Assembly: GCF_964204645.1 (NCBI RefSeq)
Contig: NC_134033.1
Span: forward strand, 4,736,231-4,800,230
DNA length: 64,000 nt
Reading direction: 5' to 3'
Source: Tubulanus polymorphus
Lineage: Eukaryota > Animalia > Nemertea
Shown here in pieces: positions 26,344-40,900 of the stretch. The stretch's first letter is position 1, and each line of letters begins with the position of its first letter. The translations under genes were made by a program, and so were the position numbers. The notes under the pieces were generated by a model, which made no database searches, had not been told where the DNA came from, and saw only the letters and a list, made by a program, of their open reading frames with translations.

Positions 26344-27174
26344 ATGGGTAGAAAATCGAATTCCAAACCAAAACAACAGAAACCGAAATCTGCCGCTGAA
26401 ACTGCCGCTGAAACTCACGAGGTACCTCCACTTTTGTCCCCACAGCCCCTTACAAGTACACCCGCATCAGGTGACAGTCGGAAAAAAGTGAGACACCCCA
26501 CAGAAGAGTTTTCTCCGAGAGAGACTATTAAAAAACCATGTACCGGTTCTGTTAACGTAGAAATTGAAGTCGCAGGAACCAGAAGCGAATCTGTCATGGA
26601 TCATGGTTCGGATAATATATCTCCACAGGGCGACAGTATTAGTGACGCTATTATAAACATATTAAATGATGAAAAATCAACTGCTTCCTTAGTTGGCCGC
26701 ATTGTGGAAGCAGTCAGATCGCATTTGCAACCAGAAATTGAAAAATTAAAATCAATAATAAACACTCAACGGGCTATTATTAATAATCTTATGGCGCGAG
26801 CTGATCAAGCGGAACAATACTCCCGCCGTAATAATTTAATTATCTCTGGTATACCTGAAACGGAGGATGAGAACACGGATGAAATAGTTATAAATCTTGC
26901 TAATAAAGCTGCTAATGGTTCTATTTCGCTTCATGATATTGATCGTTCACATAGACTTGGATACAAAAAACCAGGAAAAAATCGACCAATTATTTGTAAA
27001 TTTGTTACGTATCGTGCGCGTCAAAAAATCTTGAAGAATAAGAAACATCTTGGCGATGACGTATACGCTAATGAAGATCTTACAAAGCATCGCCAAAATG
27101 TGTTGTTTAATGTGAGAAATCTGTGGAAGTCAAAAGTAATATTTGGCAATTATTATACGGCAAGATTTTTGTGA
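26344..27174 (+). CDS. LINE ORF1 protein (coiled-coil/RRM-like), probably frameshifted near the C-terminus
   Basis: EQYSRRNNLIISGIPE, IDRSHRLG, RPIICKF, NEDLT motifs typical of L1-type/CR1-group ORF1. Confidence 0.75.
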   Translation: MGRKSNSKPKQQKPKSAAETAAETHEVPPLLSPQPLTSTPASGDSRKKVRHPTEEFSPRETIKKPCTGSVNVEIEVAGTRSESVMDHGSDNISPQGDSISDAIINILNDEKSTASLVGRIVEAVRSHLQPEIEKLKSIINTQRAIINNLMARADQAEQYSRRNNLIISGIPETEDENTDEIVINLANKAANGSISLHDIDRSHRLGYKKPGKNRPIICKFVTYRARQKILKNKKHLGDDVYANEDLTKHRQNVLFNVRNLWKSKVIFGNYYTARFL

Positions 27175-27737
27175 AGGTCAAAGAAGGGGATAAACCTGTT
27201 TCAATCGTGGATATGTCGGTCCTGGATAATCTTCTACTTGACGATAACAGTCCGGAGCCACATCCTTTACCAACTATGAGTTCTAATCCATTTCACGACT
27301 AAGAACCATCAAACTCGTCAGTGAATCCATTTAATAATAGTACTTATTACTAACAATGCATGAATTGTGGAATACTGAGTAAATTCGTATATTTAGTTCA
27401 ACATAATTAATGGATTAATTCAAATGCGCTCTACTAGTGATATGAATGAACTATAAACAGTTTCTGCTTAGTATAAATACTACTTCGTTATCGTACTTAC
27501 AACTCTTATTCAAAATGATTGTTTTGGATTCATTTTTTTCATATCATTAATTGAGTAACGAGTTTACTACAAATCTTCTAAATCCATGTACTCTAACTAA
27601 CTCTATTATATTATATCGTACTCTCGATACATACCAGTGTGGTTGTTACATTTTTATTAAGGGTATTATTGTATTACGTCTAAATATGTACCATATAACC
27701 AGAATCCGCCTTATCGTTTTGTTCATTAAGTAATTAT

Positions 27738-30500
27738 ATGAATAATGGATATCTTGAAACGGGTGGCCATGGTGACTTTCCTAATGATAAGTATTACTCA
27801 TTAAATACTGTTAATGAATTATTTCGCACTTGTGATGCTAATTCTATTCTCTCTTTCCATACTAATGTTCGTAGTATCAATAAAAATTTTAATGTTCTAT
27901 ATGACACTATACAAAGCTCAGATAAATTACCTATGTTCATTGGTGTCTCAGAAACCTGGGCCACGGATGGTAACGATAATGAGACTTTATATTATATGGA
28001 AGGTTATAATAGTAAATTTTTTAATCGTCATTTTAATCATGCTGGAGGCGTTGCGCTTTATGTGGATGATCGGATTAATTTTAAATTCCGCGACGACCTG
28101 TCAATTGAGAGTGACACATTTGAATTACTTATATGCGAGCTTTTCCTATCTAAAAACGAACGCATTTTTGTAGGTGTTCTCTACAGGCAAAGCGGTCATT
28201 CTATTGAAGATTTCGTTACTGAGTTAAATGTGTCTTTAGAAAAATTGCCGAGAGACAATGCATTTATTATGGGTGATTTTAATATTGATTTACTTAAACA
28301 CAACACGGACCATCATACTGAAGACTTTTTGCATAACATGGTATCTTTATCGCTTCAGCCCTTAATAACTAAACCGACACGGATCACGGAACACTCTGCT
28401 ACCTGTATTGATCATATGTACACGAATGTTAACGCTGAACGGCTGTCTAACCTCGGAATTCTAACGACAGATATCTCGGATCACTTTTCTACCTTTACGA
28501 TCCATAACCAATATTTTAAAGTCAATACTGCGCATAGTATGCGTTATAGGTCATTCAATGAGCACTCAATAAATAATTTTAATCTATCAGAACTAAGAGT
28601 AAATACTACCGAAAATATAAAAGAACAAAGCGACCCTGGCATTTCGAACAATATAGGGTATACCGTAACAAGTTACATAGATTGCTTAGAGTTGCTGAAA
28701 AGCGTTATTATGCGGAATCTTTATTTAATGTGAAACATAATTTGAAAAAAACGTGGGATGTCCTAAGAAGTGTCATTGGTACTGCTAAGCAAAACCTCAT
28801 ACTTCCTGAGTTCAAGACTGACAATGGGCGAAAATTAAGCTCACAAGAAATTGCTGATAAATTTAATTTCTTTTTTATTGATATTGGGAGAAGGCTTGCA
28901 TCAAACATTCCCAGGGCTGATGTCTTACCAACTCAGTATCTATCAACCGATAGTCCCGATAGTTTATTTTTTAGGCCGATTATTTAAGAAGACATTTTTG
29001 CTATTGTAAACTCTTTAGATGCTAACAAAGGAGCTGGTCCTGATGATATAAAACCTAAAATTATTAAATGCTCAATTAATGAAATCGTGTCTCCACTACT
29101 GCATATATTTAATAGGTCTTATGTTACAGGTATAGTTCCAGATGCACTTAAGATAGCCAGGGTTACGCCTTTATTTAAGTCCGGAGCTACTGATAATATT
29201 ACTAATTACCGACCAATTTCTGTTCTGCCATGTTTCTGTAAAATTCTTGAACGCCTAACCCATTGCCGTCTTATCTCGCATATTGATAAAAATAGAATTC
29301 TTTGTCCAAACCAATATGGCTTTCGTAAGAACCGTTCCACAGAAATGGCATTACTCGATTTCGCTGATCGCATTTCGAAACTTACAGAAGACGGTTATCT
29401 AACAGTGAGTATTTTCATAGATTTGTCAAAGGCCTCTGACACTATTGACAACTCCATACTTTTAGATAAGCTGCTACGATACGGTATACGCGGGATTGCG
29501 TTGGCCTGGTTTATTAATCATCTATCTAATCGATATCAGTTTGTCTCTTATGATAGTTGTTCTTCAATAACACTTCCAATAAATTGCGGTGTGCCTCAAG
29601 GTTCTATTCTTGGTCCGCTACTGTTCATACTTTACATTAATGACATTATCAGTACATCTCATCTACTCAACTTTATTCTATTTGCAGACGACACAACTAT
29701 CTTTTTTAGTGATAAGGACCCAATTTGATTAAATGCCATCATTAATTCCGAATTGAAAAACCTAGTCATGTGGTTTAGAGCTAACAAGTTATCTCTTAAT
29801 ATAAGTAAAACTAATTATGTAATTTTCGGCAATATCCGTGTTCCTCATGATTTTCGTATCAAAATTGATAATGTCACCCTTGTAAGGTGTCAAGAATCCA
29901 AGTTTCTTGGTGTTATAGTGGATGACAATCTTACTTGGGCTCCCCATATCAAAATGACGTCCAACAAAGTTTCGCGTGCTATTGGCATCTTATATAAAGT
30001 ACGTAAATCCTTACCAGCTTATATTCTCCCTACCATTTTTAATTCTCTAGTTTTACCTTACATGCAATATGCTAATATTGTATGGGGTGCCAACTATTCT
30101 ATACGGCTACATCATCTAAGTACTTTGCTTAAGGGGACAGTTTGTCTCATTTTTAATGCTCCGTATCTTACTCACACTGCCCCTTTACTTAAAAAAGGTA
30201 AAATACTTAATTTAATTGATATGATAAGTACAGGTAGCTATATTTATGTATAAACTCGTTAATAATCATTTACCAAATAATTCTAATTATATTTGTAACT
30301 TCAGGTTCTCAAACCAAGCTAGAGTATTAAGGAGCCGTAATGATTTGAGTATTCCATTTTCTCGTACTACTAAGCGATCGTTCTCTATTAGTATCATAGG
30401 TCCAAAAACTTGGAACAATATTCCACTTGATATAAGGAATAAGTCCTCTGTTCAATCTTTCAAATTTCACTATAAGCGCCTCCTCTTGTCTCAATATTGA
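27738..30500 (+). pseudogene. LINE ORF2 (endonuclease-reverse transcriptase), broken by stops, frameshifts and an internal deletion
   Basis: Collinear ORFs 27738-28733, 28682-28987, 29087-29728, 29753-30253 and 30246-30500 carry the EN, RT and C-terminal motifs. Confidence 0.88.
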
Positions 30501-30619
30501 TGTACTATAATTACTCTTCTGCGTTGCCTTTTGTGTTCTCTAATCATTGTAATAGGGTGTAATCACTTTATGTCACCATCGCCACTATATATACTTGTAA
30601 ACTCACATACGTAAAGATG

Positions 30620-30710
30620 TCTGTTCTGCCATGTTTCTGTAAAATTCTTGAACGCCTAACCCATTGCCGTCTTATCTCGCATATTGATAAAAATAGAATT
30701 CTTTGTCCAA
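30620..30710 (+). repeat. 91-bp copy of LINE RT segment 29219-29309 at the insertion junction
   Basis: tctgttctgccatgtttctgtaaaattcttgaacg...ctttgtccaa appears identical at both sites. Confidence 0.9.
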
Positions 30711-33700
30711 GATATTAAATTCATAGGTAAACAGATACCCGTACTACCGTAAAAATTATCACCGAAATACGACGAACGAGACAGCGGCAGAAAGGCGATT
30801 AAACTCAGAAATATCCAGCATAAACAAGACAGAATCGAAATGATATTTGAGGATAAAACCGGGTTACCGGAAAATGGGTCGATTATATTGGAATATCTGA
30901 AACGCGTGAGGAGAAGGAGAAATGTTAAAGAGCCTTCGCAAGATATCGTCACAACAATTCCGGCAACACCGCATAATGAACTACGAGTCCAAGTTTCAGA
31001 ATTCAGAAAATAAACACCTTTATAAACGTGATCAGTTGCAGCGATCAGAAACAGATAAACAGACATCAGGAAATCACAAAGCGCGATATTAATGATGAGG
31101 ATATCCGACGATTTATTTTGCGTTTCTGACGAAACTCAAATCGACCTAAAACGAAATAAAATAACGATAATATTGGAAGCGCAAGTAAAACAAGCGATGA
31201 TCCAGATAACAGCTGTGAGGACAGTGTTCTCAATGAGGTCTGAACACGATGAGAATTGATCAGGATCCGGGAGACACCGGTCAATATTCGGCGCCATACA
31301 ACAGAATTTATACGCGTCCGAAGCGAGAAAATATAAAGACGTCAGATTATCCAAGATATTATTTTCCGTAGAAATGATCCGAGAATTGTTGGTGAAATCT
31401 AGAACTCCCAGTGAACTCAACCCAGTAAACGCGTATCTGGATATTGATTCGATTACGTTACTGCTGATATTCAAATATTTCAGCGCTGGTAAACCTCGGA
31501 ATACGTTACGAGTAAGAAACGATATAGAGAGACCTTGGAGATCCATAACCGGAAGTGACGTCAAACCATTGAAGCTTCCATCGCTCAAATATCTCAGCGG
31601 ATTTCCAGCGAGTAAAAGTTGTTTCAAACTGTTTAAACCAGTGAATGTATCAGCATGTAGTGATACTAGGCGATTATACGACATATCTAATGTATTTAGA
31701 TTGCGTAGATTAGAAAACGCGTTGGAGACAATGTCAGATAAATCATTACGGGAAATATTGAGTAAGAAAAGGTACAGAAAAGAGGAAAATGTCGATTCAT
31801 TGAATCTAACTCGGTTATTCGATAAAATCAAAACTCGAGTCGACGCGGCAAAAATTCCAGAAATATCCGATAAAAAAGTATTTTCACAATCGATGAAACG
31901 ACCTTGACATTTACAATAGTTAGGACACGTGACGTCGCAGTAAGCCTCGTCATCCGAGTTATGTTTACAATTAACGACGCCATCGCAAACTTCCGACTGA
32001 GGAATACATCGATGTTCGTCACCGCATTTAAACATTCCCGGACACGAAAACGTTTCGCAATTGAATTCATCTTCTGAATTAGGACAATCTGATCGACCAT
32101 CGCACACGTGTCTAATCGGTATACAGTAAGACGATGGACATTTCACTGTACCAGCTGGACATTCAAACTCATTACAATTCAGTAAATGTTCGAGTCTTCT
32201 ACAAACAGGAAAACCTGTCGGCATTCTTTCGCCATTTACGCACAAAAACCCGTTACATTCTTCCGAAGAGCAGCCGATCTCATCGGATTTATCTTGACAA
32301 TCAACCAATCCATCACATCGTTTATATTTACCCACACATTGTCCGTCGTTACACTTAAACTGATCAGAGGAACATGAAATATGATAGCACGAGTTCTCAT
32401 CCGAGCCATCGACGCAATCTCTCATAAAGTCACAGAAACCGCTAATCGATATAACCTGTCCATCGTTACAGCGGAACTGACTGTGTAAATTGATATCCGT
32501 ACAATCGAGTTCATCTTCACCGTGTTGACAGTCGTGTCTGGTATCGCATACGCAAAGGTCGCTGATACATCTTTGATCGTTACATTCAAACTGCCACGAT
32601 TTACAACCGCTTACAGAAGCTAACTCTTTACCAGTTACATCATAGGAACATAGCACGGAATGCGCTTCATCTGTGACATTATCGAAGGTAGTCACTGACC
32701 ATTTCACTGTTTGAAAATATGTTATCCAATCTCTAATTACAACTGGTTTTATTGCCATAATTCTTCCACTTGTATGATTAGTCAGTATAGCGCCATATTG
32801 ATGCTGATAGTGGAAAACATTTATCAAATACTGAACTTCAATATCAGATGTTATTATACCCATGTCTCCGCCGATTGTTAGACACATTTCTCTAGCTTTG
32901 TGGATTGTTAAACTTTTAGATTGGAGCGTTTGCCAGTCTGTTAGTATTTGATAGCAATGCGCTTCTATATGAATCCATCCTCTTAGACACGTGGAGTTAA
33001 ATCGTTCAAAGTTGTTCCTCGTTATTCGAGATCTATCGTTTTGATAAGATGTATTAAAATCGTTTCTTTCTGTTTCACAAATGAATGTCGCGTGCGTCTC
33101 CTCGATTTGACACGGGAATCGAACCCAGTTCGCTGGTCCTCGTGGATTATTCAGTATCATCGCCGTACACGGCATATTGACGTCATTTATCGGTTGTTTT
33201 CTTAGCGGAGATATCAATCCTCGAATAACTTCTGGTATCGTTTCATTAACAGCGGCAGGTTTAAGCCATTCTGCGTAACTGAACGGTTTCCCGTCAGACC
33301 ACGAATAATAACCACTGGACTCCTTTAAAACAAACAAACAAACAAATATTTGTTATACAACATTGCAGAAAACTCTTTTTGGATTATTTTCTGTGTTCTA
33401 ATCATTTTTGGAATAACTTCATATCTTGACACATGACAAGAACATTGATCATAATCATCAAAGTTCAATTAGATGATTGATATTTGATATGTATTTTACC
33501 TGCCATCTCAATCCAATCATCACAATAAGCCCTGCCTGTGAATATGCCTCAAGAAGCAGTTTTGTAGCGAACAGCTTTTTAACGGCCATTATTTCTTGCT
33601 TAGAGTTGATACTGAGAAGATGTCCTCTATATTTCCGTTGACAGTAAATTTCAGCATTCTCCCAATTCAGACGTTCATGTTTGATGTATCTAATACACGA

Positions 33701-36302
33701 AACACCTGAATCTAGAAAATCTGTTCGGCAGCCATTGATTCGATGTTTCTTTAAAGGTGATTGTTCTAAAGTGTATTGAATTCGAAATATTGGCATGAAA
33801 TCTGACAGCTCGAAATACAAGTCATACCCGAGTAGACTGTACAATACAAGTCCTGCTACTGCGTTATTTTCACATATTTCTGTTATATGACGGGTTTCTG
33901 TAAACGTGGAAAATAAATTGTTCGGATCATCAAATATTTTGATAATTTGAGTTAGTAATATTGATCCCCGAGTGCGGGTACCAACAGATTCGGAGCATGA
34001 TGTTTGTCCGATAAATTTAAACAAGAATCTGATGTAATGAATTATTTTTTTGTCATTAGGAAAAGAGAAAATAAAGAATATAGTTGAGGAGGTTGATAAT
34101 CCAGGGAAGTTTGGTGACTGCACGAGTCCACAATCTACAGCGTTCTTTGTGTTTCCACCAATAAAACCTGGATTCAGTTGACTTTGTTTTAATTTCTGAC
34201 ATTTACGTCGTAATACAATCATTAATGGTGAATTCCAGAATTTATATTTAGTGCGTAATAATTTCACATGGTTTAATACGAGACTGGTGTTTAACACGTG
34301 ACTATTGAGACTTATCGCTGAACAGGGATTCGTAGCTCCACGATAACATCTATCAATTTGATATTCGTGTTCTGATAATACATCGATGTTTTCTATCGGT
34401 AGGCGTCGATTTGCAGGTGTAAACACAAGACAATATGACGTCATAGTGATTTGACGTTCTCCTTCCTGTAGAACATACCCGTCACAGTCAGTAGGAACAA
34501 ACTTAAAATAACCAGATACTAGTAGATCATGCCAGTTGTAAGCGTATGCTACTACAGTAACCGGTCCACCTGATGTAATCAGGCTGACGACAGATCGACC
34601 GTAGTATGAACCAGGACAATACGGACCATAGCGTCTAGCTGTGAAATTAACACCATCATATATATAAAAACCAGCTCGATCACAATTCTCCGAAAAAACT
34701 GTCAGTTTTAATCCATAACCTAATGTATCCTCATGGATGTCGACTTTCGAGCTGACTGCAAATCTACTGATACGATATTGTAACTTCCGTTTTGGATAAC
34801 GGGGGAACAGACTGTTAAGTTGCACTAAATGATTATTTCTAACCTACAATAGATGCAAACATAGAGTAAATCATCGGTATTCATTTGATGTTCATGCCTT
34901 ATTTTCCTTTGTCACTTAACCGAAAAATATTGCGACTCTGTCGTTAAATGGTCAATGACTTGTGTTCGATCAGGTTTGATTTCGAAGTATTGTGTGAATT
35001 TTCACATTATTTCATCATTATCAAACAAATTCAAATAAATACAATAAATTAAAGATAGATATTTTCATGCTGTTTTAACTCACTTTTTTATCTTCCACTT
35101 TATCGTCTGTTTCCTTCAATGATTCTATTTTGTAGTTGATCGATGTTGAATTCCTCAACGATTTTCCGAAAAGATTCTCTGATAACAGTAAACACAATAT
35201 CACGAGAAATCCGTCAGATTTTACGCCTAACGATTCCAGGAAGTTTTCGCCGAGTAAAATATCAGTTCCGACAACCGTTAAACCTTCCAGTTTATAAACA
35301 CCGATGACGTCACCGGAAGTGACGAGATCACGTGACCAGTTGAAGACGACGTACTGCAGTATTTCAGCTGTGATAGACCAGCAGTATAAGTGTTTAGACA
35401 GAGTTATCACGTGCGGCCTATCACCAGGAATGAGCACTCCGGATTTGTTTTTACAGATCGGAATCGATGGATTCGAAATATTCCAATCTGATATTCTATA
35501 CTTTTTAACGGATAGATTAGTTTTGAGAGGCAGCCGGGCTGAAAAAGTGATGATAGCTTTGTTAGTTTTAGTGTAAATAGAGATGGGCGGATGTCCAGTT
35601 TGTTCCCGTATATTCATTATAGGTTCACTTGTGTTCCATCCGTCATAAACTTGAACGGTCAGATTTAAACCTGGTTGTTCTAATCTTAAGTCTATTTTCT
35701 CAAAAGTCAGATTCATGCCAAAACCCTTTGATATCCCGGACCACTCGAGCTGCAGGAAACTACAAAATATTCCAAACATGTTGATAGCAAATTTATAACC
35801 AATTTTAAAAGTTTGCAATTGTTTTATTCGGTTGGACGAACAGTGGTGAACAGTTTTTAGATGATTTTCCTCCAAACGATAAAATACATAAACTCGACTT
35901 CGTTTCACAACATCATTTACATCACTCTTAAACATCAACGATAATGAATTACTGCGTTATATCTAATTGTTTTCCATCACCGCACAGTAAGTTATCAGAA
36001 TCGCTGATGTGAAGATAGTTATCTCTACAGAATATCGACGGCTCGATGTCGTAGTAAACTTGGACGCGAAAGGTACCCGGTAAATAGCTGTTGACGAACC
36101 AACGACATTCAACACCGCGCACTAACGACGGATAATTCGGTGAAACGATGTAACCGGACGTAGAATCGAGTGAAAACCACGTATTGTTACACCGTGAACT
36201 GACAGTTACAGACGGTTGATCGGTAGAGATCCGATCAGTCGTCTGAACCGACGACAGTGTCATTAGTAGAATGAGTAATAACGTTAAGAGACTGCGCGTC
36301 AT
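30711..36302 (-). pseudogene. GRL101-like receptor copy 4, disabled and 3'-truncated
   Basis: Exons 36302-35084, 34843-33500, 33322-30711. Frameshift near 35955 in exon 1; 225-bp in-frame deletion at ~32230 (CVNGE|RMPTG); CGA>TGA at 31138-31136; TM5-TM7 missing where the LINE abuts at 30710. Confidence 0.88.
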
Positions 36303-36338
36303 GTTGACATTCTCCTCGATCAGTTTAACTCTAAACAC

Positions 36339-37990
36339 AGTGAGTAGATTTTAATCCAATTAATGTTGGGCGTTTCCGAGTGAGTGAGGGAGAGAGAGAG
36401 CGGTAGAGAGGATGAGTCAGACTACACGGCGCTCACTAAAAATTAAATTCGATAATCTATGAAACCGAGTAATGATTAACGAGATTAAAAATCTCATTCA
36501 GTGCCTAGTCATTTCTATATTTATATATCTACATACAATTTTAAAATGTCCTTCGTCCAGTGGTAAATCGAAAACGCTACTGCGGCAAGCGAGGATTCAG
36601 AGATAATCCTCCAGGTGTCGCTAGTGGCACTGGGTTACCGCACTGCAAATTTATTTTCCACAAGAGACTCGCGCATGCGCAGTAATAGACACCATGATCA
36701 TCAGACGATCCCAATTTTGATTGTCGATAGAAAATGGCGGCTGTTTTGATAGTAGTTATTCTATCTTTAGAGTCCGGAGCGTAAGGGCATGAGGTTTATA
36801 CTAGGGTCCTAAGGGTCAGAGTTAGGTTAGGGTTCGAGTAGGCTTAGGTTTAGGATTAGTGTTTTAACGGGAAAAACAATAGGAACAAATGTAATAAATG
36901 TATGTATAGTTAAAAGTTGCTTAGCCGGCACTCGAGCTTGTGTGTTCAAATCCAATTTTCAAAATATCAACTTTCAATTTTCCTAGACGACTTAACATAC
37001 TGAAAAACTGATAAAGATAATTATCTAAGAACTATTTTATTATGTTAATGTGATGATATTGTAACTGCTGATAAGTGACCTATCTACAATAAACGACTTT
37101 GCAGTTGCTCATTCTTACCAGAAAGATCTGGGCGTATTAAAGATTCGTAACCATCTTTGAAATAAAGGGCAACGCAACCACCCTTAACATCATTCGAGCG
37201 GCTTTTGAAAATACTATTGTAGCCAGGTAGTTTATAAAGATTATTGTTATGGGCATTATTATTACTCCAAGTCTCAGTAAGTGCTATGATAGAAAACTCG
37301 GATTTCATACAATTGATGTAGTCAGTGAAAGAATCAAAATTTTTGTTGCAACTTCGAATATTAACAGTGCAAATTGAGAATTGACTTTTATCGAATTCAA
37401 AGTTATTTTCATCATACTGACAATTAGAAAATCATTTCTGAAAATAATGCAGTTCAGCACCCAGGATTTTTATGCGCGCTTTAAAAAACTGACCACCGAT
37501 TTTCATATCGCTCCCATGTCGCATTGTGGCAAATTTGAGACATGTTTTTTGCATCACTGAAAACTAGAGATTCATACGGTTTAAAATTTGTTAAAACTGT
37601 CAAATTCCAACAATGGACCAAAGAAACGTGATACAGGACAAAAGTGCCCTAACTAAATGGGGGCTATAGTAATTGTACGTTTTTTTAACCTTCTTATAAC
37701 GAGTTCGGATATAAAGATTTATCAGTCATTACGAACCGAGAATTTCATCCCGAATCGGATAATATCAATATATTCACACCGGATATGCCGGGTGGCGATG
37801 GTCTGCAATCTCGGGGTACGCGATAAAAGGAGCCCCGTTTGGTAGGCGCTGTCTTTACTGTGGTTCATCGTAATATTTTCAAATATCGTATTATGTGTAA
37901 TATCTGATCGTGATTTTTATAAAGTGAAGCGGTTATCACTAAAACTGCATTTTAGAGGAAATAAGTTATAATCATTCATCAATACTATCA
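36339..37990 (+). repeat. Intergenic spacer duplicated from 15245-16915
   Basis: Collinear near-identical spacer, including the LINE EN fragment. Confidence 0.9.
37084..37400 (-). mobile_element. LINE endonuclease fragment (duplicate of 15999-16340)
   Basis: IIALTETWSN...LPGYNSIFKSR...GGCVALY. Confidence 0.65.
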
Positions 37991-40900
37991 TCATTTTATT
38001 GGTTGTCGTTTTCTGCGTATATTTCGAGCTCGTATGGATTTCATATCGATAGTTAGAATAGTGTAAAGAAGTTGGTTCAGAGTCGAGTTTATCGGCAAGA
38101 AAAGAACGGCCAGCCAAGCGGCAACCTGGTTCGGTATCTCGACCGAAAATACGGCGCAAAACTGGACGATTATCAACGGTAACCAGCAAAATAAATTACA
38201 CAAATTGATGACTAAACTGCGTCGAGCTAGAACGAGTTCTGTAGGATCGGCTCTACCCGAACCGGACCTACTTCCGGATACATACTTGTACATCTGCGCG
38301 TACGACATCATTATCAGAGTGAGAATGATCGCGTTTAATACAGCGAATATAGCGAACGAATATTGCCAACCATTGACATCTATAGAAACTAAATTCATAG
38401 GTAAACAGATACCCGTACTACCGTAAAAATTATCACCGAAATAAGACGACCGAGACAGCGGCAGAAAGGCGATTAAACTCAGAAATATCCAGCATAAACA
38501 ACTCAGAATCATAATAATATTTGAGGATAAAACCGGGTTACCGGAAAATGGGTCGATTATATTCGAATATCTGAAACGCGTGAGGAGAAGGAGAAATGTT
38601 AAAGAGCCTTCGCAAGATATCGTCACCACAATTCCGGCAACACCGCATAATGAACTACGAGTCCAAGTTTCAGAATTCAGAAAATAAACACCTTTATAAA
38701 CGTGATCTGTTGCAGCGATCAGAAACAGATAAACAGACATCAGGAAATCACAAAGCGCGATATTAATGATGAGGATATCCGACGATTTATTTTGCGTTTC
38801 TGACGAAACTCGAATCGACCGAAAACGAAATAAGATAACGGTAATATTGGAAGCGAATGTAAAACAAGCGATGATCCAGATAACAGCTGTGAGGACAGTG
38901 TTCTCAATGAGGTCTGAACACGATGAGAATTGATCAGGATCCGGGAGACACCGGTCAATATTCGGCGCCATACAACAGAATTTATACGCGTCCGAAGCGA
39001 GAAAATATAAAGACGTCAGATTATCGAAGATATTATTTTCCGTAGAAATGATCCGAGAATTGTTGGTGAAATCTAGAACTCCCAGTGAACTCAACCCAGT
39101 AAACGCGTATCTGGATATTGATTCGATTACGTTACTGCTGATATTCAAATATTTCAGCGCTGGTAAACCTCGGAATACGTTACGAGTAAGAATCGATATA
39201 GAGAGTTCACGTAGATCCATAACCGGAAGTGACGTCAAACCATTGAAGCTTCCATCGTTCAAATATCTCAGCGGATTTCCGGCGAGTAAAAGTTGTTTCA
39301 AACTGTTTAAACCGGTGAATGTATCAGTATCTAGTGATACTACGCGATTATACGACAGATCTAATGTATTTAGATTGCGTAGATTAGAAAACGCGTTGGA
39401 GACAATGTTAGATAAATCATTACGGGAAATATTGAGTAAGAAAAGGTACAGAAAAGACGAAAATATCGATTCATTGAATCTAACTCGGTTATTCGATAAA
39501 ATCAAAACTCGAGTCGACGCGGCAAAAACTCGAGAAATATCCGATAATAAAGTATTTTCACAATCGATGAAACGACCTTGACATTTACAATAGTTAGGAC
39601 ACGTGACGTCGCAGTAAGCCTCGTCATCCGAGTTGTGTTTACAATTAACGACGCCATCGCAAACTTCCGACTGAGGAATACATCGATGTTCGTCAGCGCA
39701 TTTAAACATTCCCGGACACGAAAATGTTTCACAATTAAATTCATCTTCTGAATTGGGACAATCTGATCGACCATCGCACACGTGTCTAATCGGTATACAG
39801 TAAGACGATGGACATTTCACTGTACGAGCTGGACATTCAAACTCATTACAATTCAGTAAATGTTCGAGTCTTCTACAAACAGGAAAACCTGTCGACATTC
39901 TTTCTAGAATACATCTATCTCTTCTCGCGTAACAATGAGGAGAATCGAATGAACATCTTTGTTTATCCGATTCGGTACAGAGTGAAGTGAAATTGGTCGT
40001 GCAGTAGTTCTCTGTAGTGCAGTGAATTTGTGGTTTAATCGTTATGTTGGTCATTACTATTTCGTCTTCTTCGAGGTCACCGCCACAATCTACAACACCA
40101 TCCCGATATAACAGAGAACTGATACATTCGCCATTTACGCACAAAAACCCGTTACATTCGTCCGAAGAGCAGCCGATCTCATCGGATTTATCTTGACAGT
40201 CAACCAGTCCATCGCATCGTTTATATTTATCCACACATTGTCCGTCGTTACACTTAAATTGATCAGAGGAACATAAAATATGATAGCACGAGTTCTAATC
40301 CGAGCCATCGACGCAATCTCTCATAAAGTCACAGAAACCGCTAATCGATATAACCTGTCCATCGTTACAGCAGAACTGACTGTGTAAATTGATATCCGTA
40401 CAATTGAGTTCGTCTTCACCGTGTTGACAGTCGTGTCTGGAATCACATACGCGATGGTCGCTGATACATCTTTGATCGTTACATTCAAACTGCCACGATT
40501 TACAACCGCTTATAGAAATTAACTCTTCAACAGTTACATCATAGGAACATAGCACGGAATGAGCTTCATCTGTGACATTATCGAAGGTAGTCACTGACCA
40601 TTTCACTGTTTGAAAATATGTTATCCAATCTCTAATTACAACTGGTTTTATTGCCATAATTCTTCCGCTTGTATGATTAGTCAGTATAGCGCCATATTGA
40701 TGCTGATAGTGGAAAACATTTATCAAATACTGAATTTCAATATCAGATGTTATTATACTTATGTCTCCACCGATTTTAAGACACATTTCTCTAGCTGTTT
40801 GGATTGTTAAACTTTCAGTATGGAGCGTTTGCCAGTATGTAAGTATCTGAAAGCAATGCGCTTCTATATGAATCCATCCTCTTAGACACGTGGAGTTGAA

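Larger units (their letters stand above)
26158..30710 (+). mobile_element. Near full-length, decayed non-LTR retrotransposon (CR1/L2 group, Crack/Daphne-like)
   Basis: ORF1 (coiled coil + RRM-like, EQYSRRNNLIISGIPE...RPIICKF) and ORF2 in pieces: APE endonuclease (NVRS, SETW, GGVALY, MGDFN, PTR, IDH, SDH) and RT (YRPIS, QYGFR, DLSKA, GVPQGSILGPLLF, FADD). The left boundary is where homology to 1-1348 stops. Confidence 0.9.

Noticed and set aside
30656-31066. 136-aa ORF as a novel GPCR-LINE fusion protein
   Set aside because: It is the post-stop remainder of pseudogene copy 4 running into antisense LINE sequence; upstream frameshift and nonsense codons make expression unlikely.
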